Source: Mobula hypostoma
Lineage: Eukaryota
Length of the DNA: 64,000 nt
Assembly (NCBI RefSeq): GCF_963921235.1
Contig: NC_086108.1
Span: 12,400,001 to 12,464,000, forward strand
Direction: 5' to 3'
The number at the start of each line of letters is the position of its first letter. The first letter of the stretch is position 1. A program made the position numbers and the translations under genes. A model generated the notes under the pieces. That model did no database searches, was not told the DNA's origin, and saw only the letters and a program-made list of their open reading frames with translations. Below are positions 39,782 through 54,264 of the stretch, one piece after another.

Positions 39782-42700
39782 CCTCTTCTTCAGCTTCATT
39801 TCATTGCTAACAGATTCATCTGGAGTGTTCCAGAAAGAATTGTACACAATACTCGTGCGCTCTAACTGCTGTTTAACACAGCTGCTAATGGACTTCCTAA
39901 CTCTATATCTCAGCCGATGAAGGTAAGCAGAACAAATGTCCGCTTCACTACTGTTTCAATGTATGGCCATGTTCAAGGAAATACAAACTCGCACCCGAAG
40001 GCCTCTTTGTGCACCAATCCTCCTAATATCCCTTGTGTACATCCTGGTAATATTTGACTTACAAATACGTATTACCTCATACTTGCCTGGAATAATTTTC
40101 ATCTGCCCAACTTTCCATGACCCATGTCCCTCTGAGCTTTTCCACAATGTTCTTGGCTGTCCGTTAGTCTGGCAATTTCTGCGTCATCAGCACAGTTAGT
40201 TATCAGACCACCAACGCTGTTATCAAGCAATTTGTCAGACAGCAATGGTCCCTGTGGTACATTGTCTTCTGTTCAGAAAAAAAACCGCATCACTGTACTG
40301 TACCGTGAATCACCACATCCTGAACCACCCTCCTCTGCCGTGAATCACCACATCCTGAACCACCGTCCTCAGCCCTGAATCACCACATCCTAAACCACCG
40401 TCCTCAGCCCTGAATCACCACATCCTGAACCACCGTCCTCTGCCGTGAATCACCACATCCTGAACCACCGTCCTCTGCCGTGAATCACCACATCCTGAAC
40501 CACCGTCCTCTGCCGTGAATCACCACATCCTGAACCACTGTCCTCTGCCCTGAATCACCACATCCTGAACCACCCTCCTCTGCCGTGAATCACCACATCC
40601 TGAACCACCGTCCTCTGCCGTGAATCACCACATCCTAAACCACCGTCCTCTGCCGTGAATCACCACATCCTGAACCACCGTCCTCTGCCGTGAATCACCA
40701 CATCCTGAACCACCGTCCTCTGCCGTGAATCACCACATCCTGAACCACCGTCCTCAGCCCTGAATCACCACATCCTGAACCACCGTCCTCAGCCCTGAAT
40801 CACCACATCCTGAACCACCGTCCTCTGCCGTGAATCACCACATCCTGAACCACCGTCCTCTGCCGTGAATCACCACATCCTGAACCACCGTCCTCTGCCG
40901 TGAATCACCACATCCTGAACCACCGTCCTCTGCCGTGAATCACCACATCCTGAACCACCGTCCTCTGCCGTGAATCACCACATCCTGAACCACCGTCCTC
41001 TGCCGTGAATCACCACATCCTGAACCACCGTCCTCAGCCCTGAATCACCACATCCTGAACCACCGTCCTCTGCCGTGAATCACCACATCCTGAACCACCG
41101 TCCTCAGCCCTGAATCACCACATCCTGAACCACCGTCCTCTGCCCTGAATCACCACATCCTAAACCACCGTCCTCTGCCATGAATCACCACATCCTGAAC
41201 CACCGTCCTCTGCCCTGAATCACCACATCCTAAACCACCGTCCTCTGCCCTGAATCACCACATCCTAAACAACCGTCCTCTGCCGTGAATCACCACATCC
41301 TGAACCACCGTCCTCTGCCATGAATCACCACATCCTGAACCACCGTCCTCTGCCGTGAATCACCACATCCTAAACCACCGTCCTCTGCCCTGAATCACCA
41401 CATCCTGAACCACCCTCCTCTGCCCTGAATCACCACATCCTGAACCACCGTCCTCTGCCCTGAATCACCACATCCTAAACCACCGTCCTCTGCCATGAAT
41501 CACCACATCCTGAACCACCGTCCTCTGCCGTGAATCACCACATCCTGAACCACCGTCCTCTGCCCATGAATCACCACATCCTGAACCACCGTCCTCTGCC
41601 GTGAATCACCACATCCTGAACCACCGTCCTCTGCCCTGAATCACCACATCCTGAACCACCGTCCTCTGCCGTGAATCACCACATCCTGAACCACCGTCCT
41701 CTGCCGTGAATCACCACATCCTGAACCACCGTCCTCTGCCCTGAATCACCACATCCTGAACCACCGTCCTCTGCCCTGAATCACCACATCCTGAACCACC
41801 GTCCTCTGCCCTGAATCACCACATCCTGAACCACCGTCCTCTGCCGTGAATCACCACATCCTGAACCACCGTCCTCTGCCCTGAATCACCACATCCTGAA
41901 CCACCCTCCTCTGCCCTGAATCACCACATCCTGAACCACCGTCCTCTGCCGTGAATCACCACATCCTGAACCACCGTCCTCTGCCGTGAATCACCACATC
42001 CTGAACCACCGTCCTCTGCCCTGAATCACCACATCCTGAACCACCTCCTCTGCCGTGAATCACCACATCCTGAACCACCGTCCTCTGCCCTGAATCACCA
42101 CATCCTGAACCACCCTCCTCTGCCCTGAATCACCACATCCTGAACCACCGTCCTCTGCCCTGAATCACCACATCCTGAACCACCGTCCTCTGCCTGAATC
42201 ACCACATCCTGAACCATGAATCACCACATCCTAACCACCTCCTCTGCCCTGAATCACCACATCCTGAACCACCGTCCTCTGCCTGAATCACCACATCCTG
42301 AACCACCGTCCTCTGCCCTGAATCACCACATCCTGAACCACCGTCCTCTGCCATGAATCACCACATCCTGAACCACCGTCCTCTGCCCTGAATCACCACA
42401 TCCTGAACCACCGTCCTCTGCCGTGAATCACCACATCCTGAACCACCCTCCTCTGCCCTGAATCACCACATCCTGAACCACCGTCCTCTGCCGTGAATCA
42501 CCACATCCTGAACCACCGTCCTCTGCCCTGAATCACCACATCCTGAACCACCGTCCTCTGCCGTGTATCACCACATCCTGAACCACCGTCCTCTGCCGTG
42601 AATCACCACATCCTGAACCACCGTCCTCTGCCCTGAATCACCACATCCTGAACCACCGTCCTCTGCCGTGAATCACCACATCCTGAACCACCGTCCTCTG

Positions 42701-45700
42701 CCATGAATCACCACATCCTGAACCACCGTCCTCTGCCGTGAATCACCACATCCTGAACCACCGTCCTCTGCCCTGAATCACCACATCCTGAACCACCTCC
42801 TCTGCCCTGAATCACCACATCCTGAACCACCGTCCTCTGAACACCACATCCTGAACCACCGTCCTCTGCCGTGAATCACCACATCCTGAACCACCGTCCT
42901 CTGCCCTGAATCACCACATCCTGAACCACCTCCTCTGCCCTGAATCACCACATCCTGAACCACCGTCCTCTGCCTGAATCACCACATCCTGAACCACCGT
43001 CCTCTGCCCTGAATCACCACATCCTGAACCACCGTCCTCTGCCCTGAATCACCACATCCTGAACCACCGTCCTCTGCCGTGAATCACCACATCCTGAACC
43101 ACCGTCCTCTGCCCTGAATACCCACCACATCCTGAACCACCGTCCTCTGCCCTGAATCACCACATCCTGAACCACCGTCCTCTGCCCTGAATCACCACAT
43201 CCTGAACCCATGAATCACCACATCCTGAACCACCGTCCTCTGCCCTGAATCACCACATCCTGAACCACCGTCCTCTGCCCTGAATCACCACATCCTGAAC
43301 CACCGTCCTCTGCCCTGAATCACCACATCCTGAACCTCCGTCCTCTGCCATGAATCACCACATCCTGAACCACCGTCCTCTGCCATGAATCACCACATCC
43401 TGAACCACCGTCCTCTGCCGTGAATCACCACATCCTGAACCACCGTCCTCTGCCGTGAATCACCACATCCTGAACCACCCTCCTCTGCCGTGAATCACCA
43501 CATCCTGAACCACCGTCCTCTGCCTGAATCACCACATCCTGAACCACCTCCTCTGCCTGAATCACACATCCTGAACCACCGTCCTCTGCCTGAATCACCA
43601 CATCCTGAACCACCGTCCTCTGCCGTGAATCACCACATCCTGAACCACCGTCCTCTGCCTGAATCACCACATCCTGAACCACCGTCCTCTGCCCTGAATC
43701 ACCACATCCTGAACCACCGTCCTCTGCCTGAACACCACATCCTGAACCACCGTCCTCTGCCCTGAATCACCACATCCAGAACCACCGTCCTCTGCCCTGA
43801 ATCACCACATCCTGAACCACCGTCCTCTGCCGTGAATCACCACATCCTGAACCACCGTCCTCTGCCGTGAATCACCACATCCTGAAACCATCCTGTCCTC
43901 TGCCCTGAATCACCACATCCTGAACCACCTCCTCTGCCTGAATCACCACATCCTGAACCACCGTCCTCTGCCTGAATCACCACATCCTGACCACCGTTCC
44001 ACCGTCCTGTGATACACATTGCTGCCTGAATCACCACATCCTGAACCACCGTCCTCTGCCTGAATCACCACATCCTGAACCACCGTCCTCTGCCCTGAAT
44101 CACCACATCCTGAACCACCGTCCTCTGCCGTGAATCACCACATCCTGAACCACCGTCCTCTGCCCTGAATCACCACATCCTGAACCACCGTCCTCTGCCC
44201 TGAATCACCACATCCTGAACCACCGTCCTCTGCCCTGAATCACCACATCCTGAACCACCGTCCTCTGCCTGAATCACCACATCCTGAACCACCGTCCTCT
44301 GCCGTGAATCACCACATCCTGAACCACCGTCCTCTGCCCTGAATCACCACATCCTGAACCACCGTCCTCTGCCGTGAATCACCACATCCTGAACCACCGT
44401 CCTCTGCCGTGAATCACCACATCCTGAACCACCGTCCTCTGCCGTGAATCACCACATCCTGAACCACCGTCCTCTGCCCTGAATCACCACATCCTGAACC
44501 ACCGTCCTCTGCCTGAATCACCACATCCTGAACCACCGTCCTCTGCCCTGAATCACCACATCCTGAACCACCTCCTCTGCCTGAATCACCACATCCTGAA
44601 CCACCGTCCTCTGCCGTGAATCACCACATCCTGAACCACCGTCCTCTGCCCTGAATCACCACATCCTGAACCACCCTCCTCTGCCCTGAATCACCACATC
44701 CTGAACCACCGTCCTCTGCCGTGAATCACCACATCCTGAACCACCGTCCTCTGCCCTGAATCACCACATCCTGAACCACCTCCTCTGCCCTGAATCACCA
44801 CATCCTGAACCACCGTCCTCTGCCTGAATCACCACATCCTAACCACCGTCCTCTGCCTGAATCACCACATCCTGAACCACCGTCCCTGCCCTGAATCACC
44901 ACATCCTGAACCACCTCCTCTGCCCTGAATCACCACATCCTAACCACCGTCCTCTGCCTGAATCACCACATCCTGAACCACCGTCCTCTGCCCTGAATCA
45001 CCACATCCTGAACCACCGTCCTCTGCCCTGAATCACCACATCCTGAACCACCGTCCTCTGCCCTGAATCACCACATCCTGAACCACCGTCCTCTGCCCTG
45101 AATCACCACATCCTGAACCACCGTCCTCTGCCCTGAATCACCACATCCTGAACCACCGTCCTCTGCCCTGAATCACCACATCCTGAACCACCGTCCTCTG
45201 CCCTGAATCACCACATCCTGAACCACCGTCCTCTGCCGTGAATCACCACATCCTGAACCACCGTCCTCTGCCGTGAATCACCACATCCTGAACCACCGTC
45301 CTCTGCCCTGAATCACCACATCCTGAACCACCGTCCTCTGCCCTGAATCACCACATCCTGAACCACCGTCCTCTGCCGTGAATCACCACATCCTGAACCA
45401 CCGTCCTCTGCCGTGAATCACCACATCCTGAACCACCCTCCTCTGCCCGTGAATCACCACATCCTGAACCACCGTCCTCTGCCGTGAATCACCACATCCT
45501 GAACCACCGTCCTCTGCCGTGAATCACCACATCCTGAACCACCGTCCTCTGCCATGAATCACCACATCCTGAACCACCGTCCTCTGCCGTGAATCACCAC
45601 ATCCTGAACCACCGTCCTCTGCCCTGAATCACCACATCCTGAACCACCGTCCTCTGCCCTGAATCACCACATCCTGAACCACCGTCCTCTGCCATGAATC

Positions 45701-47990
45701 ACCACATCCTGAACCACCGTCCTCTGCCGTGAATCACCACATCCTGAACCACCGTCCTCTGCCCTGAATCACCACATCCTGAACCACCGTCCTCTGCCCT
45801 GAATCACCACATCCTGAACCACCGTCCTCTGCCGTGAATCACCACATCCTGAACCACCGTCCTCTGCCCTGAATCACCACATCCTGAACCACCCTCCTCT
45901 GCCCTGAATCACCACATCCTGAACCACCGTCCTCTGCCGTGAATCACCACATCCTGAACCACCGTCCTCTGCCCTGAATCACCACATCCTGAACCACCGT
46001 CCTCTGCCCTGAATCACCACATCCTGAACCACCGTCCTCTGCCCTGAATCACCACATCCTAAACCACCGTCCTCTGCCGTGAATCACCACATCCTGAACC
46101 ACCGTCCTCTGCCCTGAATCACCACATCCTGAACCACCGTCCTCTGCCCTGAATCACCACATCCTGAACCACCGTCCTCTGCCCTGAATCACCACATCCT
46201 GAACCTCCGTCCTCTGCCATGAATCACCACATCCTGAACCACCGTCCTCTGCCCTGAATCACCACATCCTGAACCACCGTCCTCTGCCCTGAATCACCAC
46301 ATCCTGAACCACCGTCCTCTGCCCTGAATCACCACATCCTGAACCTCCGTCCTCTGCCATGAATCACCACATCCTGAACCACCGTCCTCTGCCATGAATC
46401 ACCACATCCTGAACCACCGTCCTCTGCCCTGAATCACCACATCCTGAACCACCGTCCTCTGCCGTGAATCACCACATCCTGAACCACCCTCCTCTGCCGT
46501 GAATCAGCACATCCTGAACCACCGTCCTCTGCCGTGAATCACCACATCCTGAACCACCCTCCTCTGCCCTGAATCACCACATCCTGAACCACCGTCCTCT
46601 GCCGTGAATCACCACATCCTGAACCACCGTCCTCTGCCGTGAATCACCACATCCTGAACCACCGTCCTCTGCCGTGAATCACCACATCCTGAACCACCGT
46701 CCTCTGCCGTGAATCACCACATCCTGAACCACCGTCCTCTGCCGTGAATCACCACATCCTAAACCACCGTCCTCTGCCGTGAATCACCACATCCTGAACC
46801 ACCGTCCTCTGCCCTGAATCACCACATCCTGAACCACCGTCCTCTGCCGTGAATCACCACATCCTGAACCACCGTCCTCTGCCGTGAATCACCACATCCT
46901 GAACCACCGTCCTCTGCCCTGAATCACCACATCCTGAACCACCGTCCTCTGCCCTGAATCACCACATCCTGAACCACCCTCCTCTGCCGTGAATCACCAC
47001 ATCCTGAACCACCGTCCTCTGCCCTGAATCACCACATCCTGAACCACCGTCCTCTGCCGTGAATCACCACATCCTGAACCACCGTCCTCTGCCGTGAATC
47101 ACCACATCCTGAACCACCGTCCTCTGCCGTGAATCACCACATCCTAAACCACCGTCCTCTGCCGTGAATCACCACATCCTAAACCACCGTCCTCTGCCGT
47201 GAATCACCACATCCTGAACCACCGTCCTCTGCCCTGAATCACCACATCCTGAACCACCGTCCTCTGCCGTGAATCACCACATCCTGAACCACCGTCCTCT
47301 GCCGTGAATCACCACATCCTGAACCACCGTCCTCTGCCCTGAATCACCACATCCTGAACCACCGTCCTCTGCCCTGAATCACCACATCCTGAACCACCGT
47401 CCTCTGCCGTGAATCACCACATCCTGAACCACCGTCCTCTGCCCTGAATCACCACATCCTGAACCACCGTCCTCTGCCGTGAATCACCACATCCTGAACC
47501 ACCGTCCTCTGCCGTGAATCACCACATCCTGAACCACCGTCCTCTGCCGTGAGTCACCACGCCAGATTTTCGATTGACTTTACCAAGACACGCTGTGGCC
47601 TAATGGGATGAGCCAGTTGACTATTCTGGAGATCATCCAAGCATTGCTGGAGGTCCTGTAGACCATGTCTGCTACTCTGCTTTCTTCACCATTGAACTGT
47701 ACTACTGTCCCAAAATAACAGATTTCACAATATATGCCAGTGATATACTCTGATTTAATTTTCTTGGTTGCTAACTCAAAGCACTCAGTCAAGTCTGTTT
47801 GGTAACATTTCCTCTGCAGAAAACCACAGTGATTCCCCCAGTCAGTTCCTGCCTTTCCAAGTGAACGTAAATAACCTCTTTAGCGAACTCTTCACTTGCT
47901 TCCCACTACTCCCTGGGGTAGATCCTGCCTGGTGCTGAGGATTTATCCATGATAAGGTATGCTCATATCTCCATCCTGACACAGCTGTGT
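39782..47990 (-). mobile_element. Old CR1 fragment split by the tandem array
   Basis: Flanks 39782-40300 and 47560-47990 read as collinear reverse-complement CR1 RT sequence. Confidence 0.55.
40303..47560. repeat. 35-bp tandem array, about 205 units
   Basis: Unit TGAATCACCACATCCTGAACCACCGTCCTCTGCC(G/C/A); highly homogeneous, no spacers. Confidence 0.98.
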
Positions 47991-48159
47991 TCCAGAAGAT
48001 CAGAATCAGAATCAGATTTAATATCACCGGCATATGTTGTGAAACTTGCTGTCTTTGCAGCAGCAGTACATGCCAATACATAATAATAGAGAAAAAACTG
48101 TGACTTACAGCAAGTATATATAGATTAAATAGTTGAGTAAGTAGTGCAGAAAATAAAAA

Positions 48160-49950
48160 TAAAAGGGGAAACATTTGCTTGGATGCAGAGAAGATAAGTG
48201 AGATGCTTAGTAAGTATTTTGCTTCAATCCTTACCAAGGAAAAGGATATGGAGGACCAGGAGATCATTGCTGAGGGTATATGTAAATACATTAGGGTGTT
48301 TAAAGGTCAAAGAGGAGGAAGTGTTGGGTCTCCTAATGAGTATTAAGGTGGATAAGTCCCCAGGGCCTGATGGGATTTACCCCAGGTTATTGAAGGAGGC
48401 AAAAGAAGAGATTGTTGGGCCATTGGCTAGTACCTTTGTGTCCTCTCTAGCTAAGATGAGGTCCCGGAGGACTACTGAGTAGCTAATGTTGTACATCTAT
48501 TTCAGAAGGGAACCAGGGAAAATCCTGGAAACTATAGACTGGTGAGTCACACATCAAGTGTTGGGAAACTGCCTGAGAAAATTCTTAGGGATAGGATATA
48601 TGAGCATTTGGAAACCTATGGCCTAATTAGGGAGGAGCCTGCATGGCTTTGTGCGTGGCAGGTCATGCCTTATCAACTTGATTGAGTTTTTTCACAAGGT
48701 GACATGAGGGACTGTTGAGGGTAGGGTGGCTGATGTTTTCTACATGGATTTTAGTAAGGTGTTTGATAAAGTCCCTCATGGGAAGCTAATCCAGAAGATT
48801 AAGATGCATGGAATCCATGGAGAATTGGCTACTTGGATTAAAACTGGCTTGCACATAGAAGACAAAGGGTAGTGGTTGAAGAGGCTTATTTGAGCTGGAG
48901 ATCTGTAATTAGTGGTGTTCCACAGGGAACTGTGCTGGGACCTCGGCTGTCTGTAATGTATATAAATGACCTGGATAAAAATGTAGCTGGTTGGGGAAGT
49001 AAGTTTGTGTAAGTAAGCTTGGTGGAGGTGTGGATAGTGTAGAAGACTGGCAAAGAATACAGCACAATGTAGATCAGTTGTAGGTATGGGCTGAGAAATG
49101 GCAGATGGAGTTTAACCCAGATAAATGTGAGGTGTTGCATCTTGATAGGACAAATACAAAGAGACAGGTCAAGGTCCTCAACAGTGTTGCTGAGTAGCAA
49201 GATCTTGCATCCAAGTTCATAGCTCTGTGAAAGCAGCTACACAGTGGTTAAAAAGGCTTATGGAATGCTTGCTTTTTTTAGTCAAACCACTGAGTCCAAA
49301 AATCAGGAGGTTATGTTGCAACTTTATAGAACTCAGGTTAGGCCACATCTGGAGTATTGTGTACAGTTCTGGTCACCCCACTATAGAAAGGATGTTGAGT
49401 CTCTGGAGAGGGTGCAGAAGAGGTTTAGCAGGTTGCTGACTGGTTTAGAGGGCATGTGCTATCATGGAAGGCTGGATAAACTTGGGTTGTTTTATCTGGG
49501 ACGGTGGAGGCTGAGGGGAGATCCGATTGAGGTTTACAAGATTATGAGAGGCACAGATAGAATGGACAGAGAATATCTGTTTCCTGGGGTTGAAATGTCT
49601 AATACCAGAGGACATGCATTGAATGTGAGAGGGGGTAGATACAAGGGGGATGTGGAGGGGAAGTTTTTGACTCAGAGAGTGGTGGATGCCTGGAATATGC
49701 AGCCTGGTATGGTGGTAGAGACAAATGCATTGGAGATTTTTAAGAGACGTTTGAATTGAAACATGGATGTAAAGAAGATGGAGGGATATGGATATGGTGT
49801 AGATAGGAGGGATTAGTGTTTTGATCCTGATACTGAACCCTGCAAAACACAACTAGTTTAGTGTTTGGGTGTTCTTGGTTTGCTTTTTGGCTGGTTTGGC
49901 ACAACACCGTCAGCCAAATGGCTTGTTCCTGCGCTGTTTTCTATGTTCTA
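48160..49950 (+). mobile_element. CR1 ORF2 RT to 3' end, decayed
   Basis: VDKSPGPDGIYPRLLKE, YMDFSK and HLEYCVQFWSPHYRKD motifs. Confidence 0.92.
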
Positions 49951-50684
49951 AAAAGTAGTGAGGTAGTGTTCATAGGTTCAATGTCCATTCAGAAATCAGA
50001 TGGCAGAGGAGAAGAAACTGTACCTGAATCATTGTGTGTGTGCCTTCAGGATTCTGTACCTCCTTCCTGATGATAGCAATGAGAAGAGGGCATGTCCTGG
50101 GTGCTGGGGGTCCTTAATGATGATGCCAGCTTTTTGAGGCATTGCTCCTTGAGGATATCCTGGATGCTGGGACGGCTCATGCCCACGATGGAGCTGTCTG
50201 AGTTTGCTGCTGTTTCTCCATTGCCCACATCCTTCTCCCTGGTGAATAACAATGAGAAGTGTTCATTTTGGATCCTGCTCACATCACCAGCGCCACATAT
50301 CGTAGGGACCCACTCTTTCCCTAGTCTCAGTCTGAAACATTGGCTGTTCCACCCTCTCCATAGATGCTGCCTGACCTCCTGAGTTCCTCCAGCAATTTGT
50401 CTTTATTACTCAGGATCTCCAGCATTTCCTGTGTTTATGATTTTCTGCATCTCACCTCGCCAGTGCAAACAGTGAACCTGGTGGTACGTATGCCATCACA
50501 TACATTTGAATTTCTCTTCTATCCCTGCTGCTGGAGTTCTCACCTGTTTGAACAAATTCCATTTCTTAAAACCATATTGCTATCCCTGGCATTTTTTCAA
50601 CTCAGATTTTCAACCATTTACTTAACAGCAAGCACTTAACTTATTTAAATGTTTTTATCATGGCACATTTCCTGGATGTTGCAT

Positions 50685-51670
50685 GCTTTACACCTCTGAC
50701 TGTGTGGCTAAGTACAGTGCCAACACCATATTCAAGTTTGCTGATGTGACAACTGTCGTGGGCTGAATCAAAGGTGGTGATGAATCAGCATACAGGAAGG
50801 AGATTGAGAACTTAGCCGAGTGGTGCCATAACAACAACCTCTCGCTCAATGTCAGCAAGACCAAGGAACTGATTTTGGACCTCAGCAGATGGAAACCAGA
50901 GGTCCCTGAGCCAGTGCTCAATGGAGTATCAGAGGAGCAGACTTTCAATTCCTCGGTGCTACCATTTCGAAGGACCTGTCCTAAATCCAGTGATCATGGC
51001 AGCACCTCTACTTCCTTCATAGTCTGTGGAGATTCAACATAACATCTAAAATGTTGACAAAGTTCTATAGGTGTGTAATGAAGAGTGTGTTGACTGGTTG
51101 TATCACAGCCTGGTATGGAAACACCAATGCCCTTGAACAGAAAATCCTACCAATGGTTGTTGATTCGCCCATTACGTCATGAGTAAAAACCCTTCCAAGC
51201 ATGGAGCACATCTAGACAAAACGCTGTCATAGGAAAGCAGCATCCATCATCAGAGATCCTCACCACCCAGTCCATACTATCTTCTCACTGCTGCCAGCCG
51301 GTAGAAGATACAAGAGCCCCAGAACACTCACGACCAGGTTCAAGAATAGTTATTGCACCACACCTATCAGGCTCTTGAACAAAAGGAGTTGTACACTCAC
51401 TTGCCCCATCCATTGGGATGTTTCCACAACCAATGATCTCACTTTAAGTACTCTTTATCTCATTATCTCAGGTTCTTGTTATTTATTGCTGTTTATTTAT
51501 ATTTGCATTTGCACAGTTCATTGTCTTCTGCACTCTGGTTGATCTTTCATTGATCCTGTTATAGTTACTGTTCTATAGATTTGCTGAGTAAGCCTGCAAG
51601 AAAATGAATGTTTGGGTTGTATTTTGTGACATATATGTACTTCAAAAATAAAGTTTACTTTGAGCTTTGA
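50685..51670 (+). mobile_element. Rex1/Babar LINE 3' half
   Basis: KFADVTTVVG, NVSKTKELI and IIRDPHHP motifs; tail with AATAAA. Confidence 0.85.
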
Positions 51671-52339
51671 ATGTTAACAATCAGAACTTGGATGCCAGAC
51701 CATATGGGGAGCAGCAAAATGGATGACCTGAAGTTCAGTCACAGAGGAAGTCTGAAGTGGGAAGGGGGATTAGGGAGAGAATTTTGGAACTCACAGTTCA
51801 GGCTTCTGGTTTAAGGTAGCGCTGGTAAACCTCCGTGACTTCTGTCTGGTAGCTAACAAAACAAGGAAAACCACTAATTACTTTGTAATTCACTCTTCTT
51901 GTGGCAAACAATCATTATAAGTAATAACCTGTAACTTCTGTTTGGATGGAGCAATTCAATGTGGCAGAACCAAGTCAAGGTGAGGAGGTAGGCTCTTCAC
52001 CAAGAGTGAGGAAGACTCGAGATTTGGTCAATTTAAGCACTGGGATGAATTGGTTACAGGCCAATTCGAGGCAGCAAGGTCCGGGTACCAGGGCGTGCCC
52101 AAGTGATTCAACTCGGTGTTTGGATGGAGACTCGAGCACAGGCCAGAACTGGAAAAGTTGGGTGCAGGTTAAATTGTGGAGGTGGGGTCCAGGTGATTGA
52201 ACCTGATGTTTGGACGTTGACTTAGGCGTCAAGCCAGATTGAAAACATAAGTGTGTCAGGACTCGAGTCGAGGGAGTGGCCAGTTCAACTCTCTGTTCCA
52301 CGACTCAGCTCTTGCTGAACTATTGTGAACAAGGGACTC

Positions 52340-53330
52340 AAGGGGCAAAATTATGAAGGGTATAGATAAAGTAGATAGAAGCAGGCTTTTTCCACTGCGG
52401 TTGGGTGGGGCTACAACCATGGGTTAGATTATGAAGACACGCAGTCCTCTTTTATTGTCATTTAGTAATGCATGCATTAAGAAATGATACAATATTTCCT
52501 CCGGTGTGATATCACAAAACACAGGACAGACCAAGACTGAAAAAACTAACAAAACCACATAATTATAACATATAGTTACAACAGTGCAACAATATCATAA
52601 CTTGATGAAGAACAGTCCATGGCACAGTAAAAAGTTCAAAGTCTCTCAAATGTCCCACATCTCACGTAGACGAGAGAAGGAAGAAAAACTTCGAGCCTCC
52701 GATCAGCTCTCTGACACCAAGTACCGAGCACCATCTCTATCCGAACGATTCAACCTCAATCTTGGTCGCCAACAAAAGGCAAAGCCAGGGATTTTGAGGC
52801 CTTCCCTCGGAAGATTTCTCGATCGTGTAGTAACAACGGCAGCGAAACCTGTGTTTCAGAAATTTCTCCAGATGTTTCTCTGTGCTTTCACGTCTGTCTC
52901 CATCAAATCAGAATTGTCCATGCCCACTATTTAACGGATACGATATCATTTTCACCGGAGGGCTGCTCTCTCTCCTCCCGCCACTTGGTGAAAGGTGAGA
53001 AATTTAAGGGGAACACAATGGGAAACTTCATCACTCCGAGGTCCATGAGAGCATGGAATGAGCTGCCAGCACAAGTGATGCACGTGAGTTTGATTTCAAT
53101 GTTTAAGAGAAGTTTGGGTAGGTACGTGGATGGTAGGCAGACATCCCACCCTGCAAAAACTCATTTCAGGGAGGTAGCACCATCAATTAGCGAGAGACTC
53201 CGGGAACTTCTGGGAGAGGTGAGATGTCTAGGTAGGGGTATGGAGGTCTATGGGAGTAGGCAGTTTAAATGGTTTTGTTATAGACTAGATGGGCCAAAGG
53301 GCGTGTCTCTGTGCTGTAGCTTTCTATAAC
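52340..53330 (+). mobile_element. CR1 3' end with two nested insertions (about 52427-52985 and 53138-53230)
   Basis: CR1 text resumes at GTGAAAGGTGAGAAATTTAAGGGG after the first insertion. Confidence 0.7.
53138..53230. mobile_element. 93-bp MITE
   Basis: AGACATCCCACC / GGTGAGATGTCT 11/12 inverted match; GGTAGG duplicated on both sides. Confidence 0.7.
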
Positions 53331-54264
53331 TCTGTTTCTTTGCAGACTCCAGTACAGAACGCTATTTGCTTGCAGATACTGTTTGCATGAGTGTTCTTTT
53401 TTTTCTGTACATGTTGTGTGTTTGACAGGCTCTTTTTTAATGGGTTCATTCGGTTTTCTTTGTTTCATGGCTGCTTGTTAGGAGACGAATCTCAGGGTTA
53501 TATAATGTATATGTACTTACATAATAAATGAACTTTGAACTTCAGGTAGCTGAAGCCATGACCTCCCATGGTGGAGCCATTGAACTCTGAGATGACCAAG
53601 ATGCTAATCTTGGAGGAGTGTATGACAGGGTAGGGGCAGAGCACAGAGAAAGAGTGGGATTTGAGGATGAATTTATTTATTTATTTGTTTTTGTTGAGAT
53701 ATAGTGTAGAATAGGCCCTTCCACCCCTTTGAGTCGTGTCGCCCAGCAATCCCCCAACCTAATCCAAGCCTAACCATGGCACAATTACAATGACCAATTA
53801 ACTTACCAACAGCCATGTCTTTGGGCTGTGGGCGGAAAGCAGAGCACCCAGAGGAAACCCACAGGGTCACGGGGAGAATGTGCAAACTCCTTACAGGCAA
53901 CGGCGGGAAATAAACCAGGTCAGCTGTACTGTAAAGCGTTGTGCTAACCACTCCACTAGCATGCTGTCACTGGAGTCTGGTGAAAGTGAGTAAATACAGT
54001 GGTGATTTCAGAATGGGACTCACTCCAAGTTCAAGCATAGGCCAGCAGCTTTACAAATTACAAATGAATTATCAATAATTAATCTTATAGTTTCTAACTT
54101 GCCGAACAAGTGCCTACTGGCTTGTTATACAATGCTGCCTGAGTCATCTACTAAGAACGAATACGGTAAATTGGTTGTGGCAGAAAGATGCCTATAGGAC
54201 TCGCTGCTGCACTGAATTTACACTGGGAAGCCCTCCTCTTTACCTTTCACCCTCTTTATCAAAT

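Noticed and set aside
40303..47560. CRISPR array or repetitive protein ORF
   Set aside because: Units are head to tail with no unique spacers, 35 bp is not a multiple of 3, and the context is eukaryotic.
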